DNA of 64,000 nt, taken from Paracoccus sp. (in: a-proteobacteria). Lineage in GTDB: Bacteria > Pseudomonadota > Alphaproteobacteria > Rhodobacterales > Rhodobacteraceae. Shown one piece after another: positions 58,041-64,000 of the stretch. A model generated the notes under the pieces. It ran no database searches. It saw only the letters and a list, made by a program, of their open reading frames with translations, and had not been told where the DNA came from. The stretch is from positions 1,637-65,636 of the forward strand of contig NZ_JAUNTJ010000018.1 of the NCBI RefSeq assembly GCF_030538755.1, in the 5' to 3' direction. The position numbers and the translations under genes are program-made. Within the stretch, counting starts at the first letter, position 1, and each line of letters starts with the position of its first letter.

Positions 58041-58669
58041 ACCCGCACCTCGATCACCGGCACCTGCGGCAATTCACCGGCCTTGAACGAGGCGACCGAA
58101 ATGGCGATCCGGTCGGTGTCAAAACGCACCGGCACGTCGAATTCGAACCCGGCAGTAATGACGGCACCGCTTTCCGGCGGGCTGGCCAGCGAGACGACCC
58201 CTGCTTCGTGGTCAACCGTATAGCTGATGCCCTCGAACAGCTCGACCCCGCTGATGCCGACACGCACCGTATCGGCAACAGGCTTGAGGATCGGGCGCTC
58301 ATAACGCGCCGGACCCGACACATAGGATTTCTGCAACTGAAACGCCGTCATTACGCCGTCACCCGCCCCGATCACCTGATCGTCAAACCGCGCCGCGCGC
58401 GTGGGCGGGCAGCTTTTGTAATCGGACCAGTCCTTCCAACGAAAGCCGTGCAACTGCCCCTGACGCGCCTCAAAGAAATCCAGCAGCCGCGCCATATCAT
58501 CCAGCGACCGCAGCCCCATGCCCGCGTCATAGCGGCGGCGCGAGTGCGCCCAGGGCGAATTGCGCTCCTCGAACCCGTTGGTCAGCGCCACGATCTCGGT
58601 GCGCCGCTCGGGTCCGCCGACGGACCCAAAGGACAGGTTCGCCGGAAATCTGATGTCGTGAAATGCCAT
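58037..58669 (-). CDS. GTA distal tail protein (g12, DUF2460-like)
   Basis: FHDIRFP...GGPERRTEIV...EERNSPWAHSRRRYDAG...AGFEFDVPVRFDTD. Confidence 0.93.
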   Translation of the reverse strand: MAFHDIRFPANLSFGSVGGPERRTEIVALTNGFEERNSPWAHSRRRYDAGMGLRSLDDMARLLDFFEARQGQLHGFRWKDWSDYKSCPPTRAARFDDQVIGAGDGVMTAFQLQKSYVSGPARYERPILKPVADTVRVGISGVELFEGISYTVDHEAGVVSLASPPESGAVITAGFEFDVPVRFDTDRIAISVASFKAGELPQVPVIEVRV

Positions 58670-58679
58670 GTGAAACTCC

Positions 58680-59333
58680 TCACCCGTTACGATCACCGCG
58701 CGCCATCGCCCGGCTTAGCTGTGCGGCGATCTGTGCATGGCTGCGCTGGAACCCCGCCACATCCGGGGTCGAGACATTGACCGTGACATTCACCGCACGC
58801 CCCCCCGACCCGGCCGCGACGCCCAGCCGCCCATCCGGCCCGCGCTGCAAGGGCATGATCGCCTCTGGCCCTGCCTCGCCCATCAGGCCGGTGGCGCCGC
58901 GCATCGGGAAATAGGTCGGCGCGCTGACCACGCCGCCCTTGGCAAACGGCATCACCTGCCCTTCGGTAAATGCACCGCCCTTGGCGAAAGGCGCAGCCCC
59001 CGACAGCATCCCCGCAATGCCATTCGACAGCGCCCCCGACAGCGCATTTTCGACCGGCTTCATCGCCATTGAAAAGGCGGTGTCCGCCATGCTGCGCGCA
59101 ATCCCCTTCAGCGCGTCCGACAGCTTCAGCCCGTCCAGCGCAACGCCCTGAAAGGCACGGCTCAGCCCGCTGCCCAGGCCCGAAGCCAGCTTGTCCACCT
59201 CGCGCGAGGTATAGACCGCCTGATCGCGCAGCCGCGCCATTTCTGCCTGAAATTCCGCTGTCACCCGGCTGGCCTGCGTCCCAGCCTGATCCCAGCCGTC
59301 CAAATCGTCACCGAACTGGTTCGCATCCGCCAT
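58680..59333 (-). CDS. GTA tail tape measure protein (g11)
   Basis: 217 aa with PFAKGG twice and GLMGEAGPEAIMPL.RG.DGRLGV. Confidence 0.92.
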   Translation of the reverse strand: MADANQFGDDLDGWDQAGTQASRVTAEFQAEMARLRDQAVYTSREVDKLASGLGSGLSRAFQGVALDGLKLSDALKGIARSMADTAFSMAMKPVENALSGALSNGIAGMLSGAAPFAKGGAFTEGQVMPFAKGGVVSAPTYFPMRGATGLMGEAGPEAIMPLQRGPDGRLGVAAGSGGRAVNVTVNVSTPDVAGFQRSHAQIAAQLSRAMARGDRNG

Positions 59334-59362
59334 GCGCCCTGCCCCCTGAAATGAATGATCCC

Positions 59363-59575
59363 TCAGCCCCCCGTGGGCCGGTCGGGAAAGCGCGCGGCCA
59401 GCTCTGCCAGCCGGTCGCGCGTCATATGGCCAGCGCCGCTCTCGACGCCCAGCATCAGTGCCAGTTCAGCCGGGGTCAGCGCCCAGAACTCAGCCGGGCG
59501 CAGCCCCAGCCCCCGGATGCCCGCACGCATCAGCCCCGGCCAATCCAGCCCCCTTGGGCGCGCAAGGCTGCTCAT
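59363..59575 (-). CDS. GTA tail assembly chaperone-like small protein (g10.1)
   Basis: DWPGLMRAG...LGLRPAEFWALTPAELALMLG...L.ARFPD. Confidence 0.88.
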   Translation of the reverse strand: MSSLARPRGLDWPGLMRAGIRGLGLRPAEFWALTPAELALMLGVESGAGHMTRDRLAELAARFPDRPTGG

Positions 59576-59886
59576 TCCGGCAACCGGAACGCACGCGCCA
59601 GCAAGGCCGCAGCCAGCCGCGCCGCCGCCAAGGGGCCGCCGCCGATGTCTGCCGACAGCAGATCATCGGCGCGCCCGCCCCAGCCGCCGCCCCGCAGCCC
59701 TGCCGCCAGAACAGCCAGAACATCGCGGGCCGAAAACAGGCCCTTCTCGAACCGCTCGACCAGGGCCAGCAGGCTTTCGGCCTTCAGATCCTGTTCCAGT
59801 TCGGCCAAGGCCCCCAGCGTCAGCTTGGCCATGCGCACCTCGCCGTTCAGCATGACATCGACTTCACCCGCCATCGGATTGGCCAT
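59572..59886 (-). CDS. GTA tail assembly chaperone (g10)
   Basis: ANPMAGEV...KLTLGALAELE...LVERFE...SARDVLA.L.AGLRGGG. Confidence 0.9.
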   Translation of the reverse strand: MANPMAGEVDVMLNGEVRMAKLTLGALAELEQDLKAESLLALVERFEKGLFSARDVLAVLAAGLRGGGWGGRADDLLSADIGGGPLAAARLAAALLARAFRLPE

Positions 59887-60299
59887 CACAGCGCCGTGAA
59901 CTCCAGCACCCCGGCCGAGGCCATGCTGACCTCATAGGTCGCCTCGCCGTTGTAGCTGCCGGAATATTCCAGGCTGGTGATCTGAAACGGTCCCTCGACG
60001 ATACCGAAATCCGGGATCACCACCTGAAACCGCGGCACCTCGCCGTCGAAAAAGATCTGCCGCGCACGCCCGTCGGTCGCCGCATCGCGGAACACGCCCG
60101 AACCGGACACGCTGGCACTGCGCACACCCGCGCCGCCCAGCAATTCGCGCCAGCCGCCTTCGCTTTCCAGGCTGGTGACATCCACTGTTTCGGCGTTGAA
60201 ATTCAACCGCGAGGCGCGCAGCCCCGCAATCGTCTGGAACGAGCCATCGCCCGTCATATCCATCTTTATCAGCAGATCGCGCCCATTCTGCACTGCCAT
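59886..60299 (-). CDS. GTA tail tube protein (g9)
   Basis: MAVQNGRDLLIK...GGWRELL.GAGVRSA..SGSGVF.D...GPFQITSLEY.G. Confidence 0.94.
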   Translation of the reverse strand: MAVQNGRDLLIKMDMTGDGSFQTIAGLRASRLNFNAETVDVTSLESEGGWRELLGGAGVRSASVSGSGVFRDAATDGRARQIFFDGEVPRFQVVIPDFGIVEGPFQITSLEYSGSYNGEATYEVSMASAGVLEFTAL

Positions 60300-60309
60300 C
60301 ACTGTCTCC

Positions 60310-60729
60310 TCAGCCCAGATCAATCCGGGCGCGGAAGGTCATATCAACCCGCCGCGCCGCTCCTTTGCGATCCCGACGCGCGCGTGCGCGCAGGAACCAC
60401 AGCCCTGCCAGATGGCCCTGATCCAGCCGCAGATCGGCGCGCTCCAGCGCGTCGGAAACCGCGGCGGCAGCGGCCTTGACGGTGCGAAATCCGCCGCCTT
60501 CGTCCGCGCCTGTCAGAACCGAAACCACAAAATCGTGACGCGACCCACGGGCGGTGTAATCGCCTGCATCCGCCACATCCTCGGGGCCAAGCGCGACATA
60601 GGTGCCGGTAGGGGCCTCGATTGGCATCGCATCAAAGATCGCATCGCCCACCAGACCCGCCAAAGCCGGATCGAGTCGCAAATGCTGATAAACCGCACCT
60701 TGCAGCGCGATAGTCGCGGCATAGCTCAT
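60310..60729 (-). CDS. GTA tail terminator (g8, DUF3168-like)
   Basis: MSYA...ALQ.AVYQ.L...IFDA.P...YV.LGPE...RR.DMTFRAR. Confidence 0.88.
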   Translation of the reverse strand: MSYAATIALQGAVYQHLRLDPALAGLVGDAIFDAMPIEAPTGTYVALGPEDVADAGDYTARGSRHDFVVSVLTGADEGGGFRTVKAAAAAVSDALERADLRLDQGHLAGLWFLRARARRDRKGAARRVDMTFRARIDLG

Positions 60730-61067
60730 GTCTGATCTTCCTCTGTCGCAAAGCAGGTCAGCCAGCGCCCCTGCATGTCGCGTTCGGCCACCGCCTGAAT
60801 GGCGAACAACCGCTGGCCCATCCGCAGCCGCTGCCCCGCCGCCGGACGGCGCGGGTCGCCCACGCCGGCACCGCGCAGCGTGATCCGCCAGCCGACCTTG
60901 GCAACCGGGCCGATCTCGTCGCGCGCGGCGGCACCGGCACCCGACTTCATCTCGGCCCAGACACGGCCCAAAGGCCGCCACTCCAGAACAAACCCGCCCA
61001 TGCCGTCGGGCCGCTTGTCGCGCGCCTCCAGCACCAGCGGCACCGTCAACCTTGGTGTCGCCGCCAT
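60726..61067 (-). CDS. GTA head-closure (stopper) protein (g7)
   Basis: L.LEA....PDG.GG....W..LG..WA...RRP..GQRLR.G.R.F.I.AVAE.D. Confidence 0.88.
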   Translation of the reverse strand: MAATPRLTVPLVLEARDKRPDGMGGFVLEWRPLGRVWAEMKSGAGAAARDEIGPVAKVGWRITLRGAGVGDPRRPAAGQRLRMGQRLFAIQAVAERDMQGRWLTCFATEEDQT

Positions 61068-61672
61068 CAGCGCGCCCCCCGCCCGGCAAGAGTGCGCACC
61101 TGACGCCACTTTTCGATCAGCGCGCTTACGCCAAAAGGCATCGCCCCGCGCGATCCCTCAAAGCTGCGATCTTCGTAATATCGCGCCGCCAGCATCAGCA
61201 CCGCCTGCGCCAGATCAGCGGGCACGCGGTCCCATGTCTCGCCAAAGCCCGCCACGAACTGCACCGTCACGAAGCCCGCGCGCGGCACATGCGGCAGCAT
61301 GACCCCGGCGGGCAAAATCATCGGGCGCTGCTGGTCCTGCAACAGACGCCAGCTTTCGGCTGGCAGTTCCGTGGCGATCCCGCGCCCGTCGTTGATCTCG
61401 ATCCTCTCGACCGCCAGCACCGGCGCCAGAGGCAGCGTCTGCCCCAGCCGGTCGCGCCAGTCGTTCACCTGCATCCGAAAGCGGCGGGTCAGCAACACCT
61501 TGCCCGTCCGCGCCTCGATTGTGGCAATCGCCGCGCGCAGAAAGCCCGCCAGCGCCGCCGTCTCTGCCGCATCCTCGGCCAGATCAAACCCTGATCCCAG
61601 CCGCAAATGGTCGCGCAATGCGGCGACGGGCAATACCTCCGCCGCAGGCGCCGTTTCCTCGATCAGCATCAC
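61067..61672 (-). CDS. GTA head-tail adaptor (g6)
   Basis: MMLIEET...HLRLGSGF...AIEARTGKVL...VPADLAQAV.MLAA.YYE...MPFGV. Confidence 0.92.
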   Translation of the reverse strand: MMLIEETAPAAEVLPVAALRDHLRLGSGFDLAEDAAETAALAGFLRAAIATIEARTGKVLLTRRFRMQVNDWRDRLGQTLPLAPVLAVERIEINDGRGIATELPAESWRLLQDQQRPMILPAGVMLPHVPRAGFVTVQFVAGFGETWDRVPADLAQAVLMLAARYYEDRSFEGSRGAMPFGVSALIEKWRQVRTLAGRGAR

Positions 61673-61720
61673 TTTTCCGAACCTCCCGTCCTGCCGTCCG
61701 CCGTATCCGTCATCCAGATT

Positions 61721-61747
61721 AAAAAGGGCCGCCCCACCGGACGGCCC
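61721..61747 (-). terminator. Intrinsic terminator between the GTA capsid and adaptor genes
   Basis: Minus strand GGGCCGTCC-GGTG-GGGCGGCCC-TTTTT: 9-bp stem with one G-U pair and a U5 tract. Confidence 0.75.
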
Positions 61748-61872
61748 GCACCTTTACACAGCAAGATCAGAGAGCCGCGCCCGCGCGCCGGAATCCGGCA
61801 CGTGCGGACAACATGCTGCCGGTCGGCCCGTCGCGCCCGGCACGGCTCTCTGTCTCGCCTGATCCCCAAGGA

Positions 61873-63024
61873 TCAGGCGATTTTCATCAGCTTCACGGCC
61901 CGGAAATCGGTGACACCGCCACCAACGCGCTTGGTGGCATAGAACAGGACATGCGGCTTGGCGCTGAAGGGGTCGCGCAGAACGCGCAGATCGGGACGCT
62001 CGACCACGGTATAAGCCGCGCGGAAATCGCCAAAGGCCAGCGCGTGCTTGCCAACGTCGATGTCCGGCATATCCTCGGAGATCATCACCGGATAGCCCAG
62101 CAACAGCGCGGGCTGACCGGCGGCGAACTGATCGGTCCAGATATAGCGACCCTCGCCATCCTTCATCTTGCGGATCACCGCAGCGGTTTTCGAGTTCATC
62201 ACAAAGGCCGCATTCGCCCGGTATTCCGCCGCCAGCGCATAAACCAGCCCGATCAGATCATCCGCCAGCAAGGTGCCGATATCGCCCGACTCAACAGCGC
62301 CGATCTGACCATCCCCCTCGCTGCCAATGTCAGCGGTGGGATAAGACAGCAGACCGCGCGGCTTGTCCTGACCATCGCCGTTGATAAAGGCCGCCGCTTC
62401 GGCGCGGGCGAATTTGTCGGCGATCCGCTCGGCCAGCCAACCTTCCACGTCAAAAGCCGCGTCATCCAGCAGACGCTGGCTGGCCTTGGGCATGGCCGAC
62501 AGTTCGTGAACCGGGATCACAACCCGTTCCACACCCGGCGACTGCGCTTCGGGCGCGGCAGTTTCGGTGGCCCAGCCAGCAGCGGTGTCGGCCTTGTCCA
62601 CCAGCACCTCATAGGTGGCGCTTTCGACGGTGACGACATTGGCCAGCTTGCGCAGCGAGGCAGCGCCGGTCAGCACGACCTGCACCTGTTCCGCCACCTG
62701 CGGCGCGGCCAGGAAACCGCCGTCAGATGCGACGGTCAGGCCCTTTTCCTCGACCGGCAGGCCACGCAGCGCGGCATCGTCGCCGTTGCGCAGATAGGCG
62801 TTGAACGCCTTCTGATGCGGCACTTCCACCTCGGCCGAGGTGGACAGAGGGGCGCGGCCCCGGATAGCGGTCTTGCGGTCCAGCATGGTCATGCGTTCGT
62901 CCTGTGCTTGCATTTTCTTTTCAATATCTTCACGAAAGTTCTTGAGTTCGCTCACAAACCCAAGAACGGCCCCTTTCAGTTCGCCGGGCGCATCGCCCCC
63001 GGCCGCGGCCTTCACCTCGGTCAT
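61873..63024 (-). CDS. GTA major capsid protein, HK97 fold (g5)
   Basis: 383 aa with HELSAMPKASQRLLDDAAFDVEGWLA, F..GDG.DKP.G and LRDPFSAKPHVLFYATKRVGG. Confidence 0.96.
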   Translation of the reverse strand: MTEVKAAAGGDAPGELKGAVLGFVSELKNFREDIEKKMQAQDERMTMLDRKTAIRGRAPLSTSAEVEVPHQKAFNAYLRNGDDAALRGLPVEEKGLTVASDGGFLAAPQVAEQVQVVLTGAASLRKLANVVTVESATYEVLVDKADTAAGWATETAAPEAQSPGVERVVIPVHELSAMPKASQRLLDDAAFDVEGWLAERIADKFARAEAAAFINGDGQDKPRGLLSYPTADIGSEGDGQIGAVESGDIGTLLADDLIGLVYALAAEYRANAAFVMNSKTAAVIRKMKDGEGRYIWTDQFAAGQPALLLGYPVMISEDMPDIDVGKHALAFGDFRAAYTVVERPDLRVLRDPFSAKPHVLFYATKRVGGGVTDFRAVKLMKIA

Positions 63025-63157
63025 CGACTTCTCCTCATCGCAAGGTCGGGGCCTCGCGCCCCCAAGTGACGGAGCGTGCGACCGCACGCCCCGAAATCGT
63101 CATCCGGCCGGGCAGCCGGGCTGCCACCCTGAACCTGCCCGGCCCGTCCGTCGCCGG

Positions 63158-63688
63158 TCACGCGCCGCGCAAAGCCTCTGCCGCACGCGCAAACACCGCC
63201 GCCATCTCGCGCAGGTCATCCGCATCCTTGCGGCCAACCTTGGCTTCGGGCAGCATGGGGAACGTGACCAGCGACACCTCCCACAATTCGACTTCCTTCA
63301 GGCTGCGGCGCCCGGCCTGATCGCGTTCGGCGCGGATGGTGCGATAGCCGATCGACAGCCCGTCGATCGCCCCCGCCGCAATCAGCGCCGCCGCCTCGCG
63401 GGCCAGCGCGACATCGGGCAGCAACCGCCCCTTGACCCACAGCCCACGGTCATCCTCGCGGATCTCGTCCCAGACGCCGATGGGCTTGGCCGGATCGTGC
63501 TGCCACAGCATCCGCACCTTGTCGCCCTTGGCCGCCAGCCGCGCCAGACTGGCGGCAAAAGCCCCCGGCGCCACCGCATCGCCGCCCTGATCGGTGATCC
63601 CGAACAGGCTGGCATAGCCCTCGATGACCGACCCCTCCGTCAGCACCGGCGAGCCGCCGGCGAATTTCAGTTCCAACCCCATGTCCAT
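63158..63688 (-). CDS. GTA HK97-family prohead protease (g4)
   Basis: IEGYASLFG, MLWQHD, GLSIGY and LWEVSLVTFPM motifs. Confidence 0.95.
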   Translation of the reverse strand: MDMGLELKFAGGSPVLTEGSVIEGYASLFGITDQGGDAVAPGAFAASLARLAAKGDKVRMLWQHDPAKPIGVWDEIREDDRGLWVKGRLLPDVALAREAAALIAAGAIDGLSIGYRTIRAERDQAGRRSLKEVELWEVSLVTFPMLPEAKVGRKDADDLREMAAVFARAAEALRGA

Positions 63689-63690
63689 GG

Positions 63691-63924
63691 TCAAATTCCC
63701 CTTGGCGCAAAATCCAGAATGCTCTGCACCCCCTGGGTCAGGATCACGGCAACGACACCGTAAACCGTCACCCACAGGCGCTTTTCCAGCCGCTCGATCA
63801 GCACTTCGATGCGCTCCAGCCGCTTTTCGACGGTGCCGAACTGCAAGGCCATGATCCGCTCTTGCGCCTCGAACCGCTGGTCGTGCCAGCCAAAGGCATC
63901 CTTGACGAACCGCGATCCCTCCAT
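63691..63924 (-). CDS. GTA small head-associated protein (g3.5)
   Basis: 77 aa coiled coil plus hydrophobic segment: RLERIE..IERLEKRLW.TVYGVVAVIL. Confidence 0.85.
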   Translation of the reverse strand: MEGSRFVKDAFGWHDQRFEAQERIMALQFGTVEKRLERIEVLIERLEKRLWVTVYGVVAVILTQGVQSILDFAPRGI

Positions 63925-63928
63925 CGCC

Positions 63929-64000
63929 TCACCCATCCGTTTCCAGCGGCGCAAGGCCCAGCAAGGCCCGCTTTTCCGCATCCGTCAGAAACGAAGCGCC
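63929..64000 (-). CDS. GTA portal protein (g3), C-terminal end only
   Basis: GASFLTDAEKRALLGLAPLETDG*, a typical GTA portal C-terminus in the expected position. Confidence 0.85.
   Translation of the reverse strand, partial: GASFLTDAEKRALLGLAPLETDG

Larger units (their letters stand above)
52127..64000 (-). mobile_element. RcGTA-like gene transfer agent head-tail gene cluster (continues past the window end)
   Basis: Canonical g3-g15 order, tightly coupled ORFs and a very short tape measure. No integrase, replication or lysis genes are visible in this part. Flanked by cysE. Confidence 0.95.

Noticed and set aside
59560-59620. Programmed -1 frameshift between tail chaperones g10 and g10.1, as in lambda G/GT
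   Set aside because: There is no X-XXY-YYZ slippery heptamer near the g10 end, and g10.1 has its own ATG overlapping the g10 stop.
61669-61869. 66-aa ORF between capsid and adaptor as an extra GTA gene
   Set aside because: It has a non-ATG start and no motif, and it spans the hairpins and terminator. Structured non-coding sequence explains the region better.
52127-64000. Prophage interpretation of the phage-like genes
   Set aside because: The RcGTA gene order, short tape measure, cysE flank and absence of lysis, integration or cargo genes at this end fit a GTA. The upstream end lies outside the window.

Overview
High-GC alphaproteobacterial chromosome segment. Gene content and order point to Rhodobacteraceae/Paracoccaceae, probably Paracoccus-like (inference, no search run). 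Bases 1-52,050 are mostly housekeeping genes: dcd end, scpAB, nagZ, SPOR protein, argS, DEAD-box helicase, lnt, bolA, glpX, recJ, aminopeptidase P, TRAP transporter, gltA/gltX/comEC, an omega-transaminase, miaB, rodZ, hemA with an FNR box, pyrD, purA, ispG, amiC, PBP1A and cysE. Bases 52,127-64,000 hold an apparently intact RcGTA-like gene transfer agent head-tail cluster on the minus strand, from the portal C-terminus to the megatron plus a coupled DUF2793-like gene. The strongest unexplained signal is a dispersed, asymmetric intergenic repeat family with nine copies in about 49 kb. Each copy has an exactly spaced 22-bp head (C-N-TCYT-N8-AAATA-YSC), and seven also carry a G5...G5-loop-C5 hairpin tail. 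The family splits into three subfamilies, and four copies begin exactly 2 nt after a stop codon. Other points: three genes that look internally deleted or frameshifted, a probable ~11 kb inversion separating rodZ from ispG, an unannotated small basic ORF pair after scpB, an sRNA candidate downstream of gltA, and an intrinsic terminator with structured RNA inside the GTA operon. All product calls come from recognising motifs by eye.
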